From Candidatus Magasanikiibacteriota bacterium (GTDB lineage Bacteria; Patescibacteriota; Patescibacteriia; Magasanikbacterales; UBA922): a DNA stretch of 64,000 nucleotides. The notes below the pieces were generated by a model. The model was given only the letters and a program-made list of their open reading frames with translations. It made no database searches and was not told the DNA's origin. Positions 47,276 through 56,259 of the stretch are shown here, piece after piece. Location: assembly GCA_021648085.1 (NCBI GenBank), contig JAKITS010000001.1, positions 260,948 through 324,947 on the forward strand, read 5' to 3'. The position numbers and the translations under genes are program-made. Positions within the stretch are counted from its first letter, which is position 1. Every line of letters begins with the position of its first letter.

Positions 47276-47668
47276 ATGAGCGAAGAAGAAAGCATCTACA
47301 TTAATATTAGAGAATTTCCTTTTTCGTATGAGCAAGAAAAAGATCAGCGTAATGGTTTTGTTGTTTTTGTAGGTTTTGATAATAAGTATTATTTTTTTTA
47401 TTTATTTTCTAAACAAGATTTTGATTTTTGTTGTGAATTTATTTCTTGTAAATATAAAAACAAAGAACAATTTAGTGAAGCACTCCGTAATTATTTTAAT
47501 TCTAAGATAACACTTGAACTACCAGAAAGTTCAGATTTTGAAATGCAAATGCTGGAAGACGCAGCAGCAGTTATTGCGTGGGGTTTTATTGTAAAAGATG
47601 AAGATACTGAAAATAATTGTGAAAAATGTCCCTTGTTTGCAGATCTTAAAGGACTGCAACCAAATTAG
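47276..47668 (+). CDS. Hypothetical Cys-containing small protein
   Basis: AGGAGG RBS, ATG start (MSEEESIY...); CCEFISC and CEKC cysteine pairs; followed by its own terminator. Confidence 0.4.
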   Translation: MSEEESIYINIREFPFSYEQEKDQRNGFVVFVGFDNKYYFFYLFSKQDFDFCCEFISCKYKNKEQFSEALRNYFNSKITLELPESSDFEMQMLEDAAAVIAWGFIVKDEDTENNCEKCPLFADLKGLQPN

Positions 47669-47674
47669 ACCCAT

Positions 47675-47702
47675 AAACCTCTTTAATTAGAGGTTTTTTA
47701 TT
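47675..47702 (+). terminator. Rho-independent terminator
   Basis: AAACCTCTTTAATTAGAGGTTT hairpin followed by a T-run. Confidence 0.55.
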
Positions 47703-47757
47703 TTAGACTTGATTTTTTTATATTTTTTTGTTATTATTACTTGAAATAAATATTTTT

Positions 47758-49023
47758 ATGAAAAAAAGAGAAATAGAAATAATGTCACCAGCGGGCTCTT
47801 TTGAGAGTTTGTATTCGGCAATAAAAGCAGGCGCAAATTCTGTTTATTTTGGAATAGACAAACTAAATATGCGTGCTCGCGCAGCGGTAAATTTTACAAT
47901 AGAAGATTTAGAAAAAATAGTAAAAATTTGTAATGAAAACAGTGTAAAAACTTATTTAACAGTAAATATAGTTTTGTATAATCATGATTTAAAACAAATG
48001 AAAAAGGTTTGTGATTCTGCAAAAAAAGCTGGAATTACAGCAATAATCGCAGCAGATATCTCAGCTATTCAATACGCAAATTCTATTGATTTGCAGGTTC
48101 ACATTTCTACACAGGCAAATGTTTCAAATATAGAAGCTGTAAAGTTTTACTCAAAATTTTCAGATGTTGTTGTTTTGGCACGCGAATTGACTTTTGGACA
48201 AATTAAAGATATTTGCGAAACTATAAAAAATGAAAATATTTTAGGTAAAAGTGGAGAATTACTAAGAATTGAGATTTTTGTACACGGAGCACTTTGTGTT
48301 GCAATTTCAGGAAAATGCTATATGAGTCTGGCAACACACAATTCTTCTGCAAATAGGGGTGCGTGTCTACAAAATTGTCGCAGAACCTATAGAGTAATAG
48401 AAGAAGACACTGGAAATGAATTGGTAATAGACAATAAATTTGTGATGTCGCCCAAAGATTTGTGTACAGTTGGGTATATCGATAAGATTTTGGAGGCAGG
48501 TGTCTGTGTGCTAAAAATAGAGGGAAGAGGAAGGTCTGCAGATTATGTTTACACAACTACAAAAGTTTACAGAGAGGCATCAGATAGTTATCTGGAAGGA
48601 GACTTTACAAAAGAAAAAATTATAAAATGGATAGATGAATTGAAAAAAGTATTCAATCGTGGTTTTTGGTATGGTGGGTATTATCTTGGAAAAAAACAAG
48701 AAGAATGGAGCGCTTCATATGGTTCACAGTCTACAAAAGAAAGATTATTTGTTGGAAGAGTAGTTCACTATTATCCAAAAGTTGGAATTGCAGAAATTAA
48801 ACTGGAGACAAAAGATGTACTAGAAGGTGAAGAGGTCTGTATTACGGGTCCAACAACGGGAATTCTTAAAGAAAAAGTAGCGGGGCTGAGGGTTGAAGGA
48901 GAAAAATTTAATAAATCTAAAAAAGGTGATATAATTACTTTCAAGGTTTCAGAAAGAGTAAGAAAAAATGATAAGTTATTTGTAATAAGAGATAGAAAAT
49001 ATGTCCAAAATTATACAAAATAA
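47758..49023 (+). CDS. Peptidase U32 family protein (PrtC-like collagenase family)
   Basis: N-terminal EIMSPAGSFESLYSAIKAGANSVYFG signature of U32 and conserved Cys residues; start taken at MKKREIEIM. Confidence 0.8.
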   Translation: MKKREIEIMSPAGSFESLYSAIKAGANSVYFGIDKLNMRARAAVNFTIEDLEKIVKICNENSVKTYLTVNIVLYNHDLKQMKKVCDSAKKAGITAIIAADISAIQYANSIDLQVHISTQANVSNIEAVKFYSKFSDVVVLARELTFGQIKDICETIKNENILGKSGELLRIEIFVHGALCVAISGKCYMSLATHNSSANRGACLQNCRRTYRVIEEDTGNELVIDNKFVMSPKDLCTVGYIDKILEAGVCVLKIEGRGRSADYVYTTTKVYREASDSYLEGDFTKEKIIKWIDELKKVFNRGFWYGGYYLGKKQEEWSASYGSQSTKERLFVGRVVHYYPKVGIAEIKLETKDVLEGEEVCITGPTTGILKEKVAGLRVEGEKFNKSKKGDIITFKVSERVRKNDKLFVIRDRKYVQNYTK

Positions 49024-49243
49024 AGAAAATTGTATTGGCTGTAATTCTTGTATTGAGTATGCGCCAGATTATTGGAAAATAGGGGAGGATGGTAAGGCAA
49101 TTCTAAAAAGATCAACGGGGAAAAATAGTAATCAGATTTTAGAAGTCGAAGATTTTGAATTAGAAAAAAATAAATTAGCTGCTGAAGCTTGCCCAATGGG
49201 CTGTATTCAGATATTAGATGATAATGGAAAAGTTATAAAATAA
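49001..49243 (+). CDS. Small ferredoxin
   Basis: CIGCNSC...ACPMGC cysteine pattern; paralog-like to 11498..11758. Confidence 0.55.
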   Translation: MSKIIQNKENCIGCNSCIEYAPDYWKIGEDGKAILKRSTGKNSNQILEVEDFELEKNKLAAEACPMGCIQILDDNGKVIK

Positions 49244-49276
49244 ATCATCCCTGGGGTTTTTTGTTTTAATTGTTTC

Positions 49277-49343
49277 CACACCGAGGCAAGCCTCGGTGTA
49301 TTACTATGAATAAAAAATAGCCTCATAATAGAGGCTATTTTTT
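49277..49343. terminator. Two adjacent hairpins forming a bidirectional terminator
   Basis: CACACCGAGG-CAAG-CCTCGGTGT and ATAGCCTC-ATAAT-AGAGGCTAT hairpins, each flanked by T/A runs, between the ferredoxin (+) and pilin (-) genes. Confidence 0.55.
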
Positions 49344-49345
49344 AT

Positions 49346-49789
49346 TTATCTTTTTACCGATATAGTCTCTCCAGCTTCTGCGTCTGGAGCAATCACAGTT
49401 ATTCTACCAGAATTTCCTGATTTTTTAATTTCATAACATACTCCATTTGGGTCGCAGACACCACTTGGGTCAAGCGGTATGTCTACTAAATATTCTTCGT
49501 TTGTAGTTAAAATAGACAGATCAATTAATCCTGTGCAATCTAAAGCATTTGTCTTACAAATTTCAGTTTGAGTTTGTGTAATTGTGGTTGGTAGGTTTCC
49601 ATTGTTATCTACTCGATATTGATGAATTGCATTTAAAATTGTGTGTATTTCTACACTCCTTTCTGCATTTCTTGTTTCTTGAAAGCGTGTTTCAGGATCT
49701 ATTATAAATACAACCATAGCATACAAAATAGCAATAATTGATATTGTAAGTAAAAGTTCTATCATTGTGAATCCTTTTTGATTTTTCAT
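49346..49789 (-). CDS. Type IV pilin (prepilin N-terminal cleavage/methylation domain), candidate major pilin
   Basis: KGFTMIELLLTISIIAIL prepilin signature; two C-terminal Cys pairs; last gene of the pilus operon. Confidence 0.75.
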   Translation of the reverse strand: MKNQKGFTMIELLLTISIIAILYAMVVFIIDPETRFQETRNAERSVEIHTILNAIHQYRVDNNGNLPTTITQTQTEICKTNALDCTGLIDLSILTTNEEYLVDIPLDPSGVCDPNGVCYEIKKSGNSGRITVIAPDAEAGETISVKR

Positions 49790-49800
49790 AATATTTTAAT

Positions 49801-50616
49801 TTAAAAATCTGCAACTTCATCCCAAGAAACTAGATTTATATTAGGCGTTATTTGGTCTATTATAATTTCTATCTTTCTTGTGGAATTTCCAACTGTTCCT
49901 GTTGTTTTTATTTCTCTATTTTGGTCGTTTGAGATGGTTCCACCTCCTGTAACTTCTGATGTTGTGGTAGATCCATCGCTCATTGTAAATATAACCGTAA
50001 CGGTTCCACCTTGAATTTGTTTATCAAATTCAAGTTTTAAGTCTAGTTGCGATCCGCCAGATAGCAGTATATAATCCGTCACATCTAAAAAAGTACCTGA
50101 TGTTTTCTTTTTGTCCCAAATTTTATCGCCATCTATTCTAATTTTTTTTATTTTGTTTCCAGGGTCTCCTCCGGTCCAACTCACGGTCATTCCTGTAATA
50201 GTTATATCAGCTGTTGTTGAAGTGTTTTGCAAAGTAATCCCTTCTATATCATCACCACCTCCTGTATAAGTAAGTCCAGATATATCAACATTATTAAAAT
50301 CTCCCTGGGTAGTTGCTGTAGATGTTGTAATAATTATTTCCATTGTGCACTGTCCATCATCTAAAAATATTGTATCTGTTCCAGAATATAACTCGGATTC
50401 ATTTATTCTTTGGAGTGCTTCTTCTGCGCATATTTCTGCAGCATATTTTGCCTGGCTAAATTTTAGTGTGTCTGCATCTGTCCTTAAATAATCTGTTCCA
50501 AGAAATAACATAGTCAATACTATAGATAGACTGACCGCCCCCAATGTCAAAACACTTATAAGTGCTACAAATCCTTTATCGTCTAACAGTTGCTGATCCA
50601 TAAAATGTTTTTTCAT
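49801..50616 (-). CDS. PilX-like minor pilin carrying one copy of a novel SWTGGDP repeat module
   Basis: Hydrophobic N-terminal helix (KGFVALISVLTLGAV). Module ITGMTVSWTGGDPGNKIKKIRIDGDKIWD...GTVTVIFTMSDGSTTTS is homologous to the repeats of the 531-aa pseudopilin upstream. Confidence 0.5.
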   Translation of the reverse strand: MKKHFMDQQLLDDKGFVALISVLTLGAVSLSIVLTMLFLGTDYLRTDADTLKFSQAKYAAEICAEEALQRINESELYSGTDTIFLDDGQCTMEIIITTSTATTQGDFNNVDISGLTYTGGGDDIEGITLQNTSTTADITITGMTVSWTGGDPGNKIKKIRIDGDKIWDKKKTSGTFLDVTDYILLSGGSQLDLKLEFDKQIQGGTVTVIFTMSDGSTTTSEVTGGGTISNDQNREIKTTGTVGNSTRKIEIIIDQITPNINLVSWDEVADF

Positions 50617-51091
50617 ATTTAAATTCGTTTTGATTTGCTGGATTTTTATGTGCTATTGTTATCTCAACTCTAATAATACCAGTTGTAGAAGCTCTTGTAA
50701 CATTTCTAAATACTATATTTGTAATATCAATAAGATTATTATTTAGTATAATTGGTGTTTGCACACCTTCTGTAATGAATAAATCTGTATTAGTAAGTGT
50801 AAAGGTCGTTGGATTTTTTGTGACATTACTCATAACCAAAGAAAGGTTACTGCTACTAGATCCAGCTGATGGGGAGTTTATAGAGCTGGCTTTTCTTATA
50901 GATTTTATTATTGTTCTTGCTATAAATTCTCCTTGTCTTTCTACTTCGTTTATTGTTTGATTTTTTGCTTTAGATTCCATTACCATTGTAACAAACAAAA
51001 ACATACTTCCTAAAAAAAATACCAATATAGAAATATATAATATTAATTCAACAAGTGAAAATCCTTTTTTATTTTTTATAATTTTTTTCAT
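50576..51091 (-). CDS. Pseudopilin (prepilin-type N-terminal domain)
   Basis: KGFSLVELILYISIL prepilin motif; 171 aa. Confidence 0.65.
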   Translation of the reverse strand: MKKIIKNKKGFSLVELILYISILVFFLGSMFLFVTMVMESKAKNQTINEVERQGEFIARTIIKSIRKASSINSPSAGSSSSNLSLVMSNVTKNPTTFTLTNTDLFITEGVQTPIILNNNLIDITNIVFRNVTRASTTGIIRVEITIAHKNPANQNEFKYEKTFYGSATVRR

Positions 51092-51094
51092 AGA

Positions 51095-52690
51095 CTAAAA
51101 AGAGAGTGGGGTAGGAGTATAAATTGAACCGTCCAGCATCAAAAAATCTATTGTAATTACTGTCCCAATCATACTTTTTGTGAAATAAAGTCTTAATTGT
51201 TTATTATCTGTAGGGGCTATTGCATAATCCGTAATGTCAACTTGTGTACCAGAGGACACGTTCGGATTCCACACATTTGTTCCGCCAATTCTTATTTTAT
51301 CTAAAAGTGCTGCTGGATCTCCACCTGTCCATGTGATAGTCATTTCTACTATTGTAATATCACCAAAAGGCGCCAAACTTGATAAATAATTTCCAGAAAC
51401 TCTTTTGTCACCTTTGTGAGTGTACGCCCCACTACTATCCATTGTTAAGTAGTAAGCTTCATTTTCTGACAAAACAAACGATACGACCATTGTCTTTGTA
51501 GATCCATCTAACATTGTAAATTCTACAGTTACAACAGTCCCGCTCATATCTTCTGTGAAGTGCAGTCTAAGTTCATCTGGATTTGCCCCACTAGTCAGAA
51601 CGGTATCAGTAATATCAGCAGTAGCACCAGAGACAATATTTGGATTCCAAACTGTATTTCCACCTATTTTAATTCTGTCCAAAAGTGTACCTCCTATACC
51701 ACCGGTCCAGCTTACGACCATTGAAGCTACTGTGATATCTCCAAAAGGAGCTGTATTACTTAGCTCTGTTCCATATATACGCTTATTCCCATTAGATAAA
51801 TATGTTGTAGATGTGTTTACAGATAAATAACTAGCCTCATCTCCTGACAAAACAAACGATACGACCATTGTCTTTGTAGATCCATCTAACATTGTAAATT
51901 CTACAGTTACAACAGTCCCGCTCATATCTTTTGTGAATCGTAGTCTAAGTTCATCTGGATTTGCCCCACTAGTCAGAACGGTATCAGTAATATCAGCAGT
52001 AGCACCAGAGACAATATTTGGACTCCAAACAGTATTTCCTGCTATGTCTATTCGATCTAAAAGTGCTGCAGGATCTCCACCAGTCCAGCTTACGACCATT
52101 GAAGTGATAGTTATAGGTCCTGTGGAAGAAGTATTTTGTAAGGTTGTGCCGTATATTCTTTTGTTTGCATTTGTTAGGTATGTGTTTGCAGTGTCTATAG
52201 TTAAATAACTGGATTCTGTATCAGTACTTCCAGATCCGGGTGGGCGCCAATTTGTAAGACGTATTCCAAGCTGATAAGAAGATGTTGTATTTTCTCGCGG
52301 ATTCCATGTAATTGTAGTTGTTGCAGATTTTCTATTTGTATCTATACTGCTAATATCTATAGTTCTTGTAAAAAAATTATCTGTTACATCCGGTGTTCCT
52401 GTTAAATCCCACTGGTTTGATACCAGTCCTAATCCATGTGTTCCGTCTGTTAATAATGTAAAATCATCATCTTTTATGTTTCTCAATGCTTCAACAGCTT
52501 CTTCTGCTAAAAGCGTAGCACGCCCTCTATCACCACTATTTACAGTTGTATCTTTTGTGTAAATCAAGGAACCGGCCATTGTAGTAACAAGCATTATAAA
52601 TAATGCTCCGGAAAGAATAATTTCAACAAGTGAAAATCCTTTAATTTCCTTGAACACCTTTTTCATTAATTGTGATTGTTTTTGTTTCAT
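51095..52690 (-). CDS. Large pseudopilin with three tandem ~126-aa repeats (candidate pilus-tip/adhesin subunit)
   Basis: KGFSLVEIILSGALFIM prepilin motif, then three ~126-aa repeats, each containing VSWTGG(DPAA/IGGT)LLD(R/K)I.I.G.TVWNPN...DITD...FT..M.GTV(V/I)T(V/I).F.MLDGS. Repeats 1 and 2 are nearly identical. Confidence 0.65.
   Translation of the reverse strand: MKQKQSQLMKKVFKEIKGFSLVEIILSGALFIMLVTTMAGSLIYTKDTTVNSGDRGRATLLAEEAVEALRNIKDDDFTLLTDGTHGLGLVSNQWDLTGTPDVTDNFFTRTIDISSIDTNRKSATTTITWNPRENTTSSYQLGIRLTNWRPPGSGSTDTESSYLTIDTANTYLTNANKRIYGTTLQNTSSTGPITITSMVVSWTGGDPAALLDRIDIAGNTVWSPNIVSGATADITDTVLTSGANPDELRLRFTKDMSGTVVTVEFTMLDGSTKTMVVSFVLSGDEASYLSVNTSTTYLSNGNKRIYGTELSNTAPFGDITVASMVVSWTGGIGGTLLDRIKIGGNTVWNPNIVSGATADITDTVLTSGANPDELRLHFTEDMSGTVVTVEFTMLDGSTKTMVVSFVLSENEAYYLTMDSSGAYTHKGDKRVSGNYLSSLAPFGDITIVEMTITWTGGDPAALLDKIRIGGTNVWNPNVSSGTQVDITDYAIAPTDNKQLRLYFTKSMIGTVITIDFLMLDGSIYTPTPLSF
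51098..52234. repeat. Intragenic tandem repeat, 3 x ~378 bp; two units near-identical at DNA level
   Basis: Shadow ORFs 51555..51830 and 51933..52208 on the opposite strand have almost identical translations, offset by 378 bp. A ~180-bp stretch (ACAAACGATACGACCATTGTCTTTGTAGATCC...) recurs with only a few mismatches. Confidence 0.7.
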
Positions 52691-53087
52691 TGTCTATTGT
52701 TAACTCTATATTTGCTATATTTTGTGGATCTCCTGTGAACTTACTAAATATAATATCTGTTGTTCCACTTACTATAACCCTCGCAGACATCTTTGTTATT
52801 TCTTCAAAAGAAAGGTCTCTTGTGGGGTAGTCTGTACCTTTAAATACAGTAATATCTTCATTCTCTATATGAACACTCCAATTATCGTCTTCTATCATAT
52901 TTCTAGATAAAATCTGTGCCCTGTAAAGACTTGTTTTAAGCATTTCAGAGGCTAAATCGACATCATTTTTTGTTTGAAAAACAGAGTATATTGGTGCAGA
53001 CACAGCTATTATAATTCCAAGTAGCGATATTACTAAAACCATTTCCAACAAAGTAAAACCTTTAGTTTTACAGATAGAAATATACAT
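52641..53087 (-). CDS. Pseudopilin (GspH/FimT-like minor pilin)
   Basis: KGFTLLEMVLVISLLGIIIAV prepilin motif; 148 aa. Confidence 0.6.
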   Translation of the reverse strand: MYISICKTKGFTLLEMVLVISLLGIIIAVSAPIYSVFQTKNDVDLASEMLKTSLYRAQILSRNMIEDDNWSVHIENEDITVFKGTDYPTRDLSFEEITKMSARVIVSGTTDIIFSKFTGDPQNIANIELTIDNETKTITINEKGVQGN

Positions 53088-53091
53088 AAGA

Positions 53092-54570
53092 TTACTCTAA
53101 AATGGTTATATAAGTACCTAATACCCATCCAGTTTCACCACTATCTAATGTTATTTTATACCATCCATTTTCTGTTTCAGAATAAATATAAGTATCGGTG
53201 GGCTCAACTTTTTCGATCAAACCACCGTTTAAAGATGGAGTACTACGCACATTTAAAAACCCAGTACCCGTAGGGAGAATCTCTAAAAGATTTTTAGGTT
53301 TTATGTTTGTTGTAGACTCACTCGTTGTCGATGTTTCTGTAGGCATTGTTTCAATAATATCTGTCTGTGTACTTATTGGTGGTGGGGAAGTTGGCTGATT
53401 TTGTTTTTTATTTTGAGACCCAACTCCAGCAACCAAATTGTAGATTGGTAGTATTACAGCCAAAGCTACCAAAAGAACACCCATCCATACTATAACTAAC
53501 AAAATTGGTTCGAGCATTACACTTAGATTTTTTGTTGTTGTTTCTATTTTTGCGTCAAATTTTTTACCTATTTGAATAAGACTGGAACCTAGTTTACCAG
53601 ACTGTTCTCCGGCTATAATAAGAGCTTGAACTGATACTGGTATTAATTTTTTTGAATATTTGTATTTTTTGAAACTCTCTTCTATAGACAGACCATTTTT
53701 TACATTGTCATGAAGTTTTTTATAAAATTTTGAATATAAGTTAAATTTACTAGCCTCTGATAGTGAGTCTAATGATTTTAAGATTGGAACACTAGCTTCT
53801 AATAGTGTTCCAAGAAAATAGCCCATTCTTGCTAACTCTACATATTGAATAAGTTTGGAAATTCCAGGTGTTTTAAACAACATCCAAAAACCAACAAAGT
53901 TCGTTTTTTTATATATAAACAAAAAGAAAAATAATAATAAAATAGTAATTATTAATATTGGGAAAAAAATAGATCCTTTTTCTGTTATAAAATTTGAAAA
54001 ACCAATAAGAATTCTAGTAGCAAGAGGTAGCTCTACACCCAACGATGTAAAAATACCAGTAAGCCTCGGAAGTACAAAAAAAGCTGTTCCAAGACCAATT
54101 ACTAGTGTAAGTGAAATAACAAAACTTGGATACAACATTGCAGATCTAATTTTTGAATTATAGACTTGTTCTTTTCTTTGTTGTTCTAAAATTAAATTAA
54201 GGTTTTCTGCCATTGTCCCGCTCTCTTCTCCCATTTTTACCAAAGATATAAAATATTCTGAAAGTATGTTTGTTTTTTGAAAAGTTTTCCACAGCGATTC
54301 ACCTGCATCAACATTTCTGGAAATGTAGGTAATGGCAAATTTCATTGCCCAAGTTTTACTTTCTTTTTTAAGAATAGATAATATTTTACTAATACCCATC
54401 CCAGAGCCATATAATAAAGAAAAGTTCTCGATAAATATATTTTTTTCTTTTTTAGATATCAAAATTCTAGTTAGAAATAACTTTCTTTTTATACTTTTTT
54501 TATTATATTTCTTTTTACTTTTTCTTTTTACTTTTTTTTTCATAATGTTTTTTGTTTGTAAGTTGTTCAT
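53092..54570 (-). CDS. pilC: Type IV pilus platform protein PilC/GspF with C-terminal SH3b-like extension
   Basis: Two T2SS-F domains with three TM helices. After the last TM comes a Pro/Thr/Ser-rich linker (NQPTSPPPISTQTDIIETMPTETSTTSESTT) and a ~70-aa domain (GFLNVRSTPSLNGGLIEKVEPTDTYIYSETENGWYKITLDSGETGWVLGTYI) with SH3b-type hallmarks. Confidence 0.75.
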   Translation of the reverse strand: MNNLQTKNIMKKKVKRKSKKKYNKKSIKRKLFLTRILISKKEKNIFIENFSLLYGSGMGISKILSILKKESKTWAMKFAITYISRNVDAGESLWKTFQKTNILSEYFISLVKMGEESGTMAENLNLILEQQRKEQVYNSKIRSAMLYPSFVISLTLVIGLGTAFFVLPRLTGIFTSLGVELPLATRILIGFSNFITEKGSIFFPILIITILLLFFFLFIYKKTNFVGFWMLFKTPGISKLIQYVELARMGYFLGTLLEASVPILKSLDSLSEASKFNLYSKFYKKLHDNVKNGLSIEESFKKYKYSKKLIPVSVQALIIAGEQSGKLGSSLIQIGKKFDAKIETTTKNLSVMLEPILLVIVWMGVLLVALAVILPIYNLVAGVGSQNKKQNQPTSPPPISTQTDIIETMPTETSTTSESTTNIKPKNLLEILPTGTGFLNVRSTPSLNGGLIEKVEPTDTYIYSETENGWYKITLDSGETGWVLGTYITILE

Positions 54571-56233
54571 TTACCCCAGCAACCCGCATTACTTCTTCTA
54601 GTGTTGTCACACCTTGACGTACTTTAATAATACCATCTTCCATAAGGCTTTTAGTACCCTTCTCCCTCGCTATCCTCCATATGTGCTGTGCCGATGGTTT
54701 TTCTAGGATTAAACTTTTTAATTCTCTATCTATCTCTAAAAATTCATAAATACCAACACGACCACTGTAGCCAATACCGGAACAGGTTGCACAAGTTTTT
54801 CCATATCTATCCTCACCCTTTCCTTTGTACAGGCGAACGCTTTTTTCTGGAAAATGTATCTTGTGAGAGTGGGGAAGTTCTTTTTTGATATAAGAGTGTG
54901 AAGCTGTAAAACTAACCTTGCACTGCTGACAAATTCGCCTTACAAGCCTTTGAGAAATTATAAGTTCCAGTGTGGATGATAAAAGAAAAGTCTCAGCACC
55001 CATAAAAGTCATACGAGGTAGGGAAGAGGCGGCATTGTTTGCATGAAAAGTAGATAAAAGAAGGTGTCCTGTAAGTGCAGCATTTAGTGCTATGTCAACA
55101 GTTTCTTTATCACGGATTTCTCCAACAAGAACAACATCTGGGTCTTGACGAACAATAGAGCGCAAACCTTTTGAGAAGGTTATTTTCTTCCCTTCGTTTA
55201 CCTGAATCTGATTAATTCCTGGAATTCTATACTCAACAGGATCTTCAATAGTCGTAATGTTAATTTCTGGAGTATTTATATATTTTAAAATGGAGTAAAG
55301 AGTAGTTGTTTTACCTGAACCTGTTGGGCCTGTTACTAAAATCATACCAAAAGGTTTTTTAGCATTTTTTTCTATAATCTCTTGATTTTCTTGTGATATT
55401 CCCAAATCTTCAAAAGTAAAACCTTTTACATAGTGAGATAAAATTCTAGCAGCAATTTTCTCTCCTCTTATTGTTGGGATAATAGAAATACGCATATTTA
55501 CAGTTTCTCCACCAGTTTCTACATTTATACCACCATCTTGGATTGTTTGGTGCTCGTCTATCCTTAATCTTGCTAAAATTTTTATTCTGTTTAAAACATT
55601 ACTATAAAATTGTTTTGGTATGTTACCAGCCTCTTTAAGTACACCATCTATACGAAATCTCACTACCACATCTTTTTCTTCTGGCTCAAAATGGACATCG
55701 GACGCTCCAAAAAGTACAGCATCGTGAAAAATTTCATTTAATATATCTGGAGCCACCGTTACACCTTCTTTGATAATCTTACTAAATCTGGTGATTAATT
55801 TTTTTTTGTAATATAGTAAAATTCCCTCTATATCTTCTGGTAATGAAAAGGCTATTTTTATTTTTTTACCCTTGAATTCTCGTTTTATGGCAGACTTAAG
55901 CCCATGTTTTTTGGGATTGTCTGTGGTAACCACAACTAGCCCTTTTTCTTTTTTAAATAAAATAGCATTAAATTTTACAGCTATTTTTTCTGAAAGTTTA
56001 AGAACAATTTCTTTTGATGGAACAGAGGCACCTAAGTTTATGTAGGAGGTTTTATAAAATTCTGCTATTGCTTGACCTAGGAGATCTTTACTCAATAAAT
56101 TTCTAGAAAGTAGATAATCTTCTAGTTTTGCGTGCTGATGTTTAATAATTCTTCTTGCTTGGGACAGTTCTTTTTTTGTAATATAATCTCCAGCAAGTAA
56201 AATTTGAGCTATTTGTTTATTATCAAAAGGCAT
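54515..56233 (-). CDS. pilB: Type IV pilus assembly ATPase PilB/GspE
   Basis: Walker A VTGPTGSGKTTTL, Asp box, Walker B, His box, and C-terminal tetracysteine (CQQC...CATCSG); 572 aa. Confidence 0.9.
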   Translation of the reverse strand: MPFDNKQIAQILLAGDYITKKELSQARRIIKHQHAKLEDYLLSRNLLSKDLLGQAIAEFYKTSYINLGASVPSKEIVLKLSEKIAVKFNAILFKKEKGLVVVTTDNPKKHGLKSAIKREFKGKKIKIAFSLPEDIEGILLYYKKKLITRFSKIIKEGVTVAPDILNEIFHDAVLFGASDVHFEPEEKDVVVRFRIDGVLKEAGNIPKQFYSNVLNRIKILARLRIDEHQTIQDGGINVETGGETVNMRISIIPTIRGEKIAARILSHYVKGFTFEDLGISQENQEIIEKNAKKPFGMILVTGPTGSGKTTTLYSILKYINTPEINITTIEDPVEYRIPGINQIQVNEGKKITFSKGLRSIVRQDPDVVLVGEIRDKETVDIALNAALTGHLLLSTFHANNAASSLPRMTFMGAETFLLSSTLELIISQRLVRRICQQCKVSFTASHSYIKKELPHSHKIHFPEKSVRLYKGKGEDRYGKTCATCSGIGYSGRVGIYEFLEIDRELKSLILEKPSAQHIWRIAREKGTKSLMEDGIIKVRQGVTTLEEVMRVAGVNEQLTNKKHYEKKSKKKK

Positions 56234-56259
56234 AATTTAGACAGACAAGTTTTATTTAA

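Noticed and set aside
51555-52208. Two almost identical plus-strand ORFs (51555-51830, 51933-52208) that could be mistaken for duplicated small genes or a repeat array.
   Set aside because: They are antisense shadows of the 378-bp tandem coding repeats inside the large pseudopilin gene. The unit is protein-coding, in-frame and has no spacers, so it is not CRISPR-like.
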